From contig CAZVJB010000004.1 of NCBI GenBank assembly GCA_964627625.1, positions 3,995-67,994 on the forward strand: a stretch of DNA of 64,000 bases, read 5' to 3'. How positions within the stretch are numbered: the stretch's first letter is position 1; each line of letters begins with the position of its first letter. The notes beneath the pieces are model-generated. The model did not search any database. It saw only the letters and a program-made list of their open reading frames with translations, and was not told the origin of the DNA. Below, piece after piece: positions 37,973-46,358 of this stretch. The translations under genes were made by a program, and so were the position numbers. Source of the stretch: an uncultured Halobacteriales archaeon. Lineage in GTDB: Archaea; Thermoplasmatota; E2; JACPAO01; JAHFTW01.

Positions 37973-38068
37973 TTACGGGCTCATCCTGATGATGGCGGGC
38001 GCAAGCAGAGCCGCCGCACAAATCAGCAGGACCACGACGACGAGACAATCGCCGGGCGATTTCTTCAC
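37973..38068 (-). CDS. putative 31-aa single-TM peptide
   Basis: GTGA overlap with vWA gene stop; MKKSPGDCLVVVVLLICAAALLAPAIIRMSP. Confidence 0.4.
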   Translation of the reverse strand: MKKSPGDCLVVVVLLICAAALLAPAIIRMSP

Positions 38069-40083
38069 CGGCGCCGCAAGGCAACCAGGAGAACCAATAG
38101 CCCAATGAGTGCGATTCCCGCCCCCGCCGACGCGTGTCCAGGCGCAGTGCCGGGAGCGCGGGGCTGGATGTCCCCTTCCCGCTCGATTCCGTATTGTGGC
38201 GCCGGGGATTGGGCAAATGAGAAGCCTGCCATGGCGTCCATCGCCGGTGCAGGCGGGGCGGATGTGGCGGTACCGGCAGTGCTGACTGTTGTTTCGCGCC
38301 GGCCGGATTGAGGTGCCTCGCCGTCGAAGTCCTTCAAGGAGGCTGGATCGGCCGGTTCAAGGTCAGCCAAAATCCAGGACGTGTAGGGCGTCAACTGCCG
38401 GGTCGCCACCGCGAGTTCCGTGATGGTGAGCTGCAGCCCGGCCGTTCCCGTGCGTTCCTGTGAGAGCAAATCTTGCACGACGGCGTGACCGTAAAGCGCT
38501 GCAGCGTCGTCATCGACGCGCAAGGAGGCCGTTTTGAAACGGAATTCTTGCCGCACAGCCCCGTCGGTGCCTTCGCCTTCGAGCGCAAGCACAACCTCCG
38601 GGCCGGAAAGGTCCGCCCGCACCGCGACTTGCGCGCATGAGTCCTCGGCAACAGGCGCCTGCCGGCCTCCGACCACTACGCCGTCTTCCGTCGTCACCAC
38701 GACGTTGGCGACGAGGAGGTGCCCGACCGTGTCGTAGAGCCGCGAAAGGCGCTCGCCGAGTTGCGCATCGCCGGCCGCCATCGGGCTTACGGTACCTCCC
38801 GAATGGAGGGCCAAATCGGCGAGGAAAATGGCGTCTGCATCAAGGCCGATGGGCACCACGAAAATCGGTGCGTGACGAGCGTTGTTGGCGCGGAAATTGT
38901 CAATGATTGTTTGGTGATGGGTCACGCCCGCGCTGGGCAGGCCGTCCGTGACGAAGACAATCTGGGGCATGCGGCCGGAGCCATCAGTCGTTGCAAGCTG
39001 CACCAGGGCCTCCTGCAAGGCCCCGTTGATGTCGGTGCCACCGCGCGCTTCAAGGCCTGCAAGAGTTTTGCGGTCCTGCTCAATCTCGCTTGGCGTGACT
39101 GGCGTCATGCCCGTGACGAGTGGGTCGACGTGACTGTCGAAGACGACGACGTTGTACCAGTCTCCTTCGCGCAACGTCAGAAGCGCACCTCGCAGCGCCT
39201 CGCGGGCTTGCTCCCATTTTGCGCCGCGCATAGAACCCGAGCGGTCGAGAACGAATACGACGTCTCGGGCGAGCACTGGCGCCGACGACAGGCACAGCCG
39301 TGCGATTGCGGGAACATCCGTCGCGCCGGGGCCGGCGGGCAGCGACGAGACGAAAGTGGAGCGCCATGCAGAACCGCTTGGGGTCCAGGCGACGATGAGG
39401 TCTTGCACGGCGGCGGGTCCGGCCTCGTGCCGGCTGCCCGTCGCGCGGATTCCGGCCGTCGCGTCAAACGGCAAGGTGGAGCCGACGCTGCGGAGGTTCG
39501 AGAAGGCGCCCGACTCGCGTACCGTCATGCGCACGTCGAAGCCGCCCCACGCAAGCGGCATCTGGCCAAGGGGCAAGCGGTAGACGAGGTCGCCCGAAGC
39601 GACGGGGACCCATTCGATGTAGGCGGCGCGAAGCACGCCGGAGGAACCGGCTGGAATGGCAACGGAAAGCGTCACGAGTTGCTCACTCGTTTTCTCGATG
39701 AGTGCGGCTGCGCGGTCGGTGGCTTTGGCGGCCTCGTAGGTCGCGCGGGCGGCGACTTTCTCCTGAACCGTGGCCTCGAGCAGTTTGTCGCCGATTGTCA
39801 AGTTGAAAGCCAGGAGGGATGCGCCGGCCGGCAATGGAACATTCAGGATGGCTTCGGCGGTTGCGTTGCCCGGATTCTTGACGTTGAGTTCGAGCTTGGT
39901 GGTGGCAAGCCCATCCACCGCAGAAATTTCTGCCACGAAGTGGTCGACGGCAAGGGTTCCCTGCAGGAAGGGAACATTGGGGATGGGGACAATCGGGATG
40001 CAATCCTCGGGCGGACAGGGCGTATGGTTTGCCGCCACGGTCTGGACGGTAAGAAGCAGGACCAGCAGGACGACCAAGCGCAT
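38065..40083 (-). CDS. VIT + vWA domain surface protein (ITIH-like) with C-terminal anchor
   Basis: Signal peptide; EKVAARATYE (VIT); DRSGSM, GGTDI, VTDG (MIDAS); TPYTS; TM + RRR. Confidence 0.92.
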   Translation of the reverse strand: MRLVVLLVLLLTVQTVAANHTPCPPEDCIPIVPIPNVPFLQGTLAVDHFVAEISAVDGLATTKLELNVKNPGNATAEAILNVPLPAGASLLAFNLTIGDKLLEATVQEKVAARATYEAAKATDRAAALIEKTSEQLVTLSVAIPAGSSGVLRAAYIEWVPVASGDLVYRLPLGQMPLAWGGFDVRMTVRESGAFSNLRSVGSTLPFDATAGIRATGSRHEAGPAAVQDLIVAWTPSGSAWRSTFVSSLPAGPGATDVPAIARLCLSSAPVLARDVVFVLDRSGSMRGAKWEQAREALRGALLTLREGDWYNVVVFDSHVDPLVTGMTPVTPSEIEQDRKTLAGLEARGGTDINGALQEALVQLATTDGSGRMPQIVFVTDGLPSAGVTHHQTIIDNFRANNARHAPIFVVPIGLDADAIFLADLALHSGGTVSPMAAGDAQLGERLSRLYDTVGHLLVANVVVTTEDGVVVGGRQAPVAEDSCAQVAVRADLSGPEVVLALEGEGTDGAVRQEFRFKTASLRVDDDAAALYGHAVVQDLLSQERTGTAGLQLTITELAVATRQLTPYTSWILADLEPADPASLKDFDGEAPQSGRRETTVSTAGTATSAPPAPAMDAMAGFSFAQSPAPQYGIEREGDIQPRAPGTAPGHASAGAGIALIGLLVLLVALRRR

Positions 40084-40309
40084 AGCCCAGGCAAGCGGTC
40101 GCAGGGTGATGTAAGCGCGTAGATGGTTGGGCGGGAACCGAACACAGGCTCAGGGGTCCTAGGTCGCGTCTCCAAGTCGCAACCGGCGCGTACAACAAGC
40201 GGATGCAACGGGACCGACGCGAAAGGCGCAACAAGGGCTCCTATCGACGGATGCTGGGCGGGTGGAAGCCCCCCGATGGCGGGCCGTCCAAGCTTCTCGA
40301 CCGGCGTCT

Positions 40310-40519
40310 CTAGCCGGACGCTGGAGCGGCCGCATCAGACTCGCTCATGCCGACCGCATAGTCGGCGGCGTCCAGGAGCGCCCAGCGCGGCACTTCCCAT
40401 GCGCGCGACGAGTAGCGCCCCATGACTTGCCGAAGGCGCAGTTCCTCGGCCGCGGTGATTTCACGGCGAAGCGATTCTTCGTAGATGGTGCGAATTTGTT
40501 CAAGGTCGTCGTATTCCAT
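40310..40519 (-). CDS. small helical hypothetical protein (cassette gene B, copy 2)
   Basis: SD GGTGA; paralog of 18053-18283. Confidence 0.7.
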   Translation of the reverse strand: MEYDDLEQIRTIYEESLRREITAAEELRLRQVMGRYSSRAWEVPRWALLDAADYAVGMSESDAAAPASG

Positions 40520-40522
40520 GAC

Positions 40523-40723
40523 TCACCGCCTCCTAGGGATGCCGCGGAAACCTCCTTTGATTTCCAGGATGGAGATGCGGACTTCATGGTCATGAAGTTT
40601 GGCCTGCACGCCCTCGTGTCGGGACTCGCCCCTGGCTTTCTTGCCCAGCGTGAATTGCACAAGCCAGAGTCCCGCGGCCCCGCCCGCGGCGCCGACCAAG
40701 GACGCGAGGATTTCATTGCTCAC
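40523..40723 (-). CDS. small TM + coiled-coil protein (cassette gene A, copy 2)
   Basis: TM then LHDHEVRISILE..GFRG; alternative start 40741. Confidence 0.7.
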   Translation of the reverse strand: MSNEILASLVGAAGGAAGLWLVQFTLGKKARGESRHEGVQAKLHDHEVRISILEIKGGFRGIPRRR

Positions 40724-40770
40724 GCGACGGCCATGGGACACCTGGAGATATGGGCTGGGCACAGATGGAT

Positions 40771-40799
40771 AAATTCGGACACTGATTGGCTTGGCGATT
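40771..40799 (-). promoter_or_regulatory. conserved upstream motif of two-gene cassette (copy 2)
   Basis: AAATTCGGACACTGATTGGCTTGGCGATT; abuts TTTAT TATA-like box on minus strand. Confidence 0.65.
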
Positions 40800-40819
40800 G
40801 GCTCGGGGGGAAGTCCAGC

Positions 40820-42136
40820 CTATCGGCGGCGGCTTTCTGGCACGGCAGCCGAGCCGCGCCGGCGTCGCGCACGGGAGAGCCCCGCCGCCAGCACGCCCAA
40901 GACAAGAAGCGCCAAGGAAGCATCTGGCGTGGTGGCTGTCGCTGTGGGGCTGGAAGACGAGGACAAGGTCGGCTCGGACGAGGAGGAGCTCGGCACGTCC
41001 ACCACCTCAATAGGCAAACTGGGGAACGAGAATGCAACCGAGTTATTCAGAGCCGCATCAAGGAGAATGAGTCGTGACGGGAGGGCGGAAACGGGCCCAG
41101 CGCCGAAGTCTTGATGCCGGACAGTCAAGACGGCAACCCTGCCGTCGGGCCCAACTTCGAGGCGCCCAACGCGCTCTCCCGCCTCGAGGGGCAAGTCGTA
41201 TCGTCCTTCCCGGGTGTAGGCCCACGCCGCAGTCATATTGTCAGCCGCAACTCCGTACCCCGTCCACTTCAGTCGTCCATCGGAATCGTCATGGCCTCCC
41301 CAGGTCCAGTTCCAATGTCCGCGGTCGTAGAGTTTCGCCGACGGAATGGACGTCCCGCGTTGCAAAACTGCGACGCGGAAGCTTGTGCCATCCCCAAGAA
41401 TCATGGTCGTTCCTGGCTCTTCCACCTGTAGGCGCATGCTCCCCACATCAGGCCATTCAAGTCCGGAGGGCCAAGGGATGGCTTCGAGATTTCCGGTCTC
41501 TGGTTGAAATCGGAAAACGATGGCGTGTGGCTCGGCCAGGAAGAAAAGGCTCCCCCTCGTTTCCCGCAACATCGTATAACTGGACGGAAAACCATCTGGA
41601 AGCGGAGAGTCACGTGTCACAGGGGGGTCGGACCAGGTGACTACCGACACCGTCCGCATCCCAAAGTCTACAACGGCCGCATGGCCAACCCACGCCCACG
41701 CCATGCCGTTAAATTCAGGCGGGTACGGGATTTGGTCGCGGTACACGGTTCCCCAAGTCCGAAGAGTCTGCGCGGCACCGTCAACCGAATGCTGCAAAAT
41801 CCAGCCCGTAAGCCGAATGTCGCCGCCGCAGTCTCGCATCGGGGGGACATAGGACCCTTGAATCCGCGAACGATAGTCCGGGCTCGCTAGATTGTAGTAA
41901 ACTTGAAGTGGCTTCGGCGGTATGGAAACGACGGGTGTGAGGTTTCCGGTTTCAAGTGATACCCGGTAGGCCTGTGTCCCAAGGTCCGTGTAGAGGAAGT
42001 TCGGATCCCGCCAGGAAAACGTCTGGTAGCTCTCAATTACAGATGCGTTGTCTGGTAGGCAGGCATTCACGAATGGGGCAGGAATGAGCAGAACCGCGAG
42101 AGCCAAACCCAACCAAGCTACGCGGCCAATCGCCAT
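40820..42136 (-). CDS. secreted beta-rich surface protein with S/T linker and C-terminal TM + RRRR
   Basis: Signal peptide; TPDASLALLVLGVLAAGLSRARRRR. Confidence 0.75.
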   Translation of the reverse strand: MAIGRVAWLGLALAVLLIPAPFVNACLPDNASVIESYQTFSWRDPNFLYTDLGTQAYRVSLETGNLTPVVSIPPKPLQVYYNLASPDYRSRIQGSYVPPMRDCGGDIRLTGWILQHSVDGAAQTLRTWGTVYRDQIPYPPEFNGMAWAWVGHAAVVDFGMRTVSVVTWSDPPVTRDSPLPDGFPSSYTMLRETRGSLFFLAEPHAIVFRFQPETGNLEAIPWPSGLEWPDVGSMRLQVEEPGTTMILGDGTSFRVAVLQRGTSIPSAKLYDRGHWNWTWGGHDDSDGRLKWTGYGVAADNMTAAWAYTREGRYDLPLEAGERVGRLEVGPDGRVAVLTVRHQDFGAGPVSALPSRLILLDAALNNSVAFSFPSLPIEVVDVPSSSSSEPTLSSSSSPTATATTPDASLALLVLGVLAAGLSRARRRRGSAAVPESRRR

Positions 42137-42138
42137 CT

Positions 42139-42549
42139 CTACGCTTTCTTCTGCTCGGCAAGCTGCGCGAAGTGCTCCCCAACCGGCTTGGAGCCGGCCT
42201 TGGCGACTTTCATGTTGACTTGGTTGATTTCCGCGCTGATGCGGTTGCCGCGCACGGATTGGCGCTTGCGCTTGCCCGTGTAATCCGTCGGGTGGAAGCC
42301 GACGCCCTCGGTCAAGAGGAGCCGGCGGCGGTTGGAGCCCTCGAAGTCGCCGCGCATGGGGAAGCCGGCTTTGTCGGAGCCGCCGGTGATTTGGAGTTTG
42401 TAGCCGGGCAGGTTAGCGTTGATTCCGTCAATCTGGTCCCCGATTTTCTTGCCGATAAGGTTCTGCGCGTGGTGGCCGGTCACTTCGAAGTTGAAGCTCT
42501 TGCCAGTCGCGGGGTCGTTGATCACGATCTTGAAGCTTAGGGATGCCAT
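42139..42549 (-). CDS. rps6e: 30S ribosomal protein eS6
   Basis: FKIVINDP, ITGGSDKAGFPMR, VRGN. Confidence 0.97.
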   Translation of the reverse strand: MASLSFKIVINDPATGKSFNFEVTGHHAQNLIGKKIGDQIDGINANLPGYKLQITGGSDKAGFPMRGDFEGSNRRRLLLTEGVGFHPTDYTGKRKRQSVRGNRISAEINQVNMKVAKAGSKPVGEHFAQLAEQKKA

Positions 42550-42560
42550 GGGGTTTCAGT

Positions 42561-42621
42561 CCTGCTCCCGGTATTCCGTCCGTCGCCGGACAGTTCACCA
42601 TGTGGGGCTTCGGGAGCAAGG
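42561..42621 (-). promoter_or_regulatory. structured 5' leader of rps6e
   Basis: Closing stem 42561-42570/42611-42621 with an internal GCGA-tetraloop hairpin; TTTATA box at ~42640-42645. Confidence 0.55.
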
Positions 42622-42660
42622 TTCGCGACAAAGCCCTCGTATAAAACGGGTTCGCAGGCC

Positions 42661-43380
42661 CTAGGCGTTGCGCCGGCGGGTCAGGGCGACCAGTCCGAGG
42701 ACTCCAAGAAGCAGCCCGGGAGCCAGAACGGGGGCCTTGGCGACGCCGCCGACGGGTGCCTTGGAGAAGACAAACGTCTCATCGCGGTCGCCGCCGAGTA
42801 CATCCGTGAACGTCACCTGGGATTTGTCAGCCGAAATCTTGGCATCGAGCGGCAGGCCGGTTGTTGCTGTGATGATGAAGCCGGGCGGCGCATGCACGGT
42901 GACGGGCACGGGGCTGGAGGGCGGGCTGGAGTCGGTGCTTGGCTTGTTGTGCAGCGTGTGCGTGTCGGCTGCGGCTAGAACGTACGTCAGCGTCCGGGTA
43001 GATCGCATTTCAATTGGAACGCTGGCCGTTACGGCGCCCACCAAGCCGGAGACCACCTGGCTCTTCGTCGTGGAGGTCTTGGCGGCCTTGTCGTCCATGA
43101 AGGGGTCATCCGAGGTGTCGTCATAAGCCGTGGAATCGTCCAACTGCTTGTTTATGTCGTCGGCCTCTTGTTGACTTACCACGCCGTTTTGGTTGGAATC
43201 GGCCTGTTCGCGCATGCCCTGCGCCTCGTTGCCCGAAAACTCAACGTTGATGGTCATCACCATGCGGTCGGGCGCCGTGAGATTGACATCGAGGGATTCA
43301 GGGGTAACCGCCGCCGTTGCCGTCGGGACGGCGGCCATGGCGAGCATGACGAGAACCGCGGCAAGATGGAGTTTTACCAT
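42661..43380 (-). CDS. surface protein with EF-hand-like motif and C-terminal anchor
   Basis: Signal peptide; DSNQNGVVSQQE; APGLLLGVLGLVALTRRR. Confidence 0.75.
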   Translation of the reverse strand: MVKLHLAAVLVMLAMAAVPTATAAVTPESLDVNLTAPDRMVMTINVEFSGNEAQGMREQADSNQNGVVSQQEADDINKQLDDSTAYDDTSDDPFMDDKAAKTSTTKSQVVSGLVGAVTASVPIEMRSTRTLTYVLAAADTHTLHNKPSTDSSPPSSPVPVTVHAPPGFIITATTGLPLDAKISADKSQVTFTDVLGGDRDETFVFSKAPVGGVAKAPVLAPGLLLGVLGLVALTRRRNA

Positions 43381-43506
43381 GCATCGGCAAGACCGGCGGA
43401 GACTCATCAGCTTTTCCACCCGGCTGGCGCGCGGCCTTCACGTTGCCAGCAAGACCGCCTGCATTCGTTCAGGCGGTTTCAAACCGACCCTCCGCCTGCC
43501 AGTCGC

Positions 43507-43701
43507 ATGGCCGAAACCACCCCCAAGAAATTCTACCGTAGCAAATCGGACCGGAAAATCGCTGGCGTGTGTGGCGGTGTTGCCAACTACTTCGGCATGG
43601 ACCCGACACTTGTCCGGATTCTCTGGATTGTTAGCATTTTCTTGGGCGGCCTCGGCTTGATTGCTTACGTCGTTTTCTGGCTTGTGGCGCCCGAACAGTG
43701 A
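43507..43701 (+). CDS. pspC: PspC domain protein
   Basis: RSKSDRKIAGVCGGVANYFGMDPTLVR. Confidence 0.93.
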   Translation: MAETTPKKFYRSKSDRKIAGVCGGVANYFGMDPTLVRILWIVSIFLGGLGLIAYVVFWLVAPEQ

Positions 43702-43724
43702 GCCGCGGGCAACAGAGGGCGGGG

Positions 43725-44597
43725 CTAGGTTTCCACCGGAGGCCTGCCGGCGCCGTGTGGCCGCCGTAGTTTCCCGATGACCCAGGCGCCCATGGGCAGC
43801 AGGTAGGCAAGGTAGGCTCCGACTTCGAGCCACGTGGGCGACGGCCGGTACACAATCAAGCCGTGCAGGAATGCCCCGACGGCGTCGCCGAGGGTGTTGA
43901 TGGTGCTGTCAGCGCCGCCTTTGTGCGGGAGCCACGCCGAAAAGTCGTAGGCCTTGTCGGTGGGGTCGGTGAATACTTTGGCGTCGCCAAGTTCGTGCAC
44001 ACCGTAGGCGAACAGGCCGGCCGCGATGACAACGAGAACAAGCCCGGTTGCGGCCATGAATTTCTCGATGGAGAGTTTGAGGAATCCGGCAAAGACCAGA
44101 AACGCGATGACGGCGCTTACAAGGATGCCCGCGAGGAGGGCAAAGAGCGTGACGCCGACGCCGTCGGTGGGAAATTTGCCCGCGGTGAAGACCACGGTCT
44201 CGATGCCCTCGCGCAATACAGCCAGGAAGGCAATGCCCGCCAACGCCCACGACCGGCCGTCTTGCAGGGCCTGCTTCGTCTTCGTGTGTAGGACGCCCAT
44301 CATGCCCTGCGTGTGTCGGTACATCCACACAATCATGTAGGTAAGGACTGCAACGGCCAGGAGGGAAGCAAAGCCTTCGAAGAGGGCGTCGTTGCTCGCG
44401 TAGAGTTCCTTGGCCACGCCCTGGGCGACGATTCCCAGCAGGATGGACAGGACAAAGGCGGCAAGGGCACCCCACAGCAGCGGGCGACGAGCTTCAGGCG
44501 AGCCTGTCTTGACCGCAATTCCCAACAGGATTCCCAGGATAAGGAAGGCTTCCAGGGATTCACGAACGGCGACGAGGGCGGTGTCGACAAAAGCCAT
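43725..44597 (-). CDS. FTR1/EfeU iron permease
   Basis: Two REXXE motifs (RESLE, REGIE). Confidence 0.93.
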   Translation of the reverse strand: MAFVDTALVAVRESLEAFLILGILLGIAVKTGSPEARRPLLWGALAAFVLSILLGIVAQGVAKELYASNDALFEGFASLLAVAVLTYMIVWMYRHTQGMMGVLHTKTKQALQDGRSWALAGIAFLAVLREGIETVVFTAGKFPTDGVGVTLFALLAGILVSAVIAFLVFAGFLKLSIEKFMAATGLVLVVIAAGLFAYGVHELGDAKVFTDPTDKAYDFSAWLPHKGGADSTINTLGDAVGAFLHGLIVYRPSPTWLEVGAYLAYLLPMGAWVIGKLRRPHGAGRPPVET

Positions 44598-44599
44598 GA

Positions 44600-44613
44600 T
44601 TAGGCGCTCCTAA
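44600..44613. promoter_or_regulatory. DtxR/IdeR box
   Basis: TTAGGCGCTCCTAA 2 nt upstream of FTR1 ATG. Confidence 0.8.
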
Positions 44614-44646
44614 CATTTGGCCGGACGGAGGACGGGTATTTGGAAT

Positions 44647-45822
44647 TTAGGGACGCCGAAAATCGACCGTCTTGGCGTTCGACGCTCCAGTTCGACCACG
44701 CCAACCGACCCCAAGCAGGAGCAGGACAGCAACCCAAGTCATGCCCGAGGGCAACGGGATAAAGAGGCTCATGGGCTGCAACGCTGACTCGGCCACAACC
44801 CTGCCCTCAGGCCCGATGTGCAGGAACCGCGTTGCATCGTGCGGGCGGTCATCGTTGACGAGCAGGAGCCAGAAGCCGCCATCCGGCGTCGCGCCGCTCC
44901 TCCATTCCGTCTCGCGCCCGTCGAAGTCAAGGGTGCGAACCGCAATGCCCTGCGCGAAGTACGCGATGCCGGTGTAGCCCAGGGCCAGAATGCCATGGCC
45001 CGTCCACGTTGCGCGAACCAATCCAGGATACGAAACCGAATCTGTCCACGCGGGTATTCCGGTGGTGCTAATCCGGCCAACCCAGCCCCCGCCCACAACG
45101 AGCGCCGTTGTCGAGTCAAGTGGCGTGATGGATTGCGCATGGTCGACGACGCCGTCGGGCGTTCGCGCAACCTGGGGCAAGGGTAGGGCCGACGATAAGC
45201 CGGTGGAAAGGTCCAGGACAAGCAAGCTCGCGTCAAAATTGGCCATTAGGGTCGTGGGGCCGGCAAGCCAGCGGGTTCCTGCGCGTTTTAGGGCGGCGGC
45301 AGCAGCCTCATCAAAAGCGACATGCTGGATGGAACCGCTCCCCGACCAGTCGAACCAATCGACGCCGCCCGATTCCTCGTCCACGAAGCCAAGGCGCCCG
45401 TCGGATTCGGTGTTGACGATGGCCTTCCGTGGCTGCGAAGCATTTCCCCAACTGTGGACGAAGGCATCGGCCCCCTCCTCCCGGATTTCGAAACCGTATG
45501 TGAAAGCCCCGTCGCCGCACAGGCAGCAGGAATAGCTCTGCAACTCCTTGAGGACGAACCGGCCGTATGGATTCACCAACGACTGCGCCTCGGGCGAGAC
45601 CACCACCTTGACGTCTTCTGGGTAGGCTCCGATGATGTGCCACGACCCCGTGTTCACATCAATCTCGATTAGGAGCGACGCCAGGTTCGTTTCGAGCACC
45701 TCGCCCTGAAGCCTGGCGAACGACAGGTCATTTGGGACGTCGGGCTCTATGGCCGGGGAACATCCCTGGACGGACGGGGCCAAAAGCACGGCCAAGATTG
45801 CCGCCATCCACCAGCGGGACAC
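44647..45822 (-). CDS. secreted beta-rich surface protein, divergent paralog of 40820-42136
   Basis: Signal peptide; similar N-terminal pattern (C.P, L.T.L, V..TG, C..D, WG); C-terminal TM + basic tail. Confidence 0.7.
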   Translation of the reverse strand: MSRWWMAAILAVLLAPSVQGCSPAIEPDVPNDLSFARLQGEVLETNLASLLIEIDVNTGSWHIIGAYPEDVKVVVSPEAQSLVNPYGRFVLKELQSYSCCLCGDGAFTYGFEIREEGADAFVHSWGNASQPRKAIVNTESDGRLGFVDEESGGVDWFDWSGSGSIQHVAFDEAAAAALKRAGTRWLAGPTTLMANFDASLLVLDLSTGLSSALPLPQVARTPDGVVDHAQSITPLDSTTALVVGGGWVGRISTTGIPAWTDSVSYPGLVRATWTGHGILALGYTGIAYFAQGIAVRTLDFDGRETEWRSGATPDGGFWLLLVNDDRPHDATRFLHIGPEGRVVAESALQPMSLFIPLPSGMTWVAVLLLLGVGWRGRTGASNAKTVDFRRP

Positions 45823-45880
45823 CTGTTGCGATGCCCGCCAGCGGGCATAATGGTTTGCAAAACGTTGGGCCGGCGTGCGC

Positions 45881-46312
45881 CTATTGGACTCCAATTTGGT
45901 CCTTGACCTTGCGCGTCGTGTCAAAGGCGTGCCCCAACCTCTGCCGCAAATGCTCGGCCATCCACGCCTCAAGTTGCGGCGGAATCGTGTGCTCCATGTC
46001 ACACGCGGCATCATGGGCTTGCCGGTGCTCCATGCCGCATATTTCCTGCAAGAACGCCTGCATGACGCGATGCCGGGCCAGAATACCTCGTCCGACAACC
46101 CGGCCGGCCTCCGTCAGCGTGACCCCCTTGTACGGTTCGTACACAACGAAGCGTGCCTTCTCCATTTTCTGGATCATGTCCGTGACCGACGGCGGCGCGA
46201 CGCCGAGATGCAGCGCGATTTCTCCCGTGCGTGCCACCTTGCCCTCTTCCTCCAAGCGGTAGATGGTCTCAAGGTACTCCTGCATTTGCTCGGATGGTCC
46301 CTCTTTGTCCAC
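45881..46312 (-). CDS. DtxR/MntR family metal-dependent repressor
   Basis: EYLETIY, LGVAPPSVT, YEPYKGVTLT, RHR, ACDMEH. Confidence 0.95.
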   Translation of the reverse strand: MDKEGPSEQMQEYLETIYRLEEEGKVARTGEIALHLGVAPPSVTDMIQKMEKARFVVYEPYKGVTLTEAGRVVGRGILARHRVMQAFLQEICGMEHRQAHDAACDMEHTIPPQLEAWMAEHLRQRLGHAFDTTRKVKDQIGVQ

Positions 46313-46344
46313 GCCGCAGCCAAGGAGGGCCGCCTAACTAAATC

Positions 46345-46358
46345 TTAGGGTCACCTAA
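46345..46358. promoter_or_regulatory. DtxR/IdeR box (autoregulatory)
   Basis: TTAGGGTCACCTAA upstream of dtxR. Confidence 0.75.
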
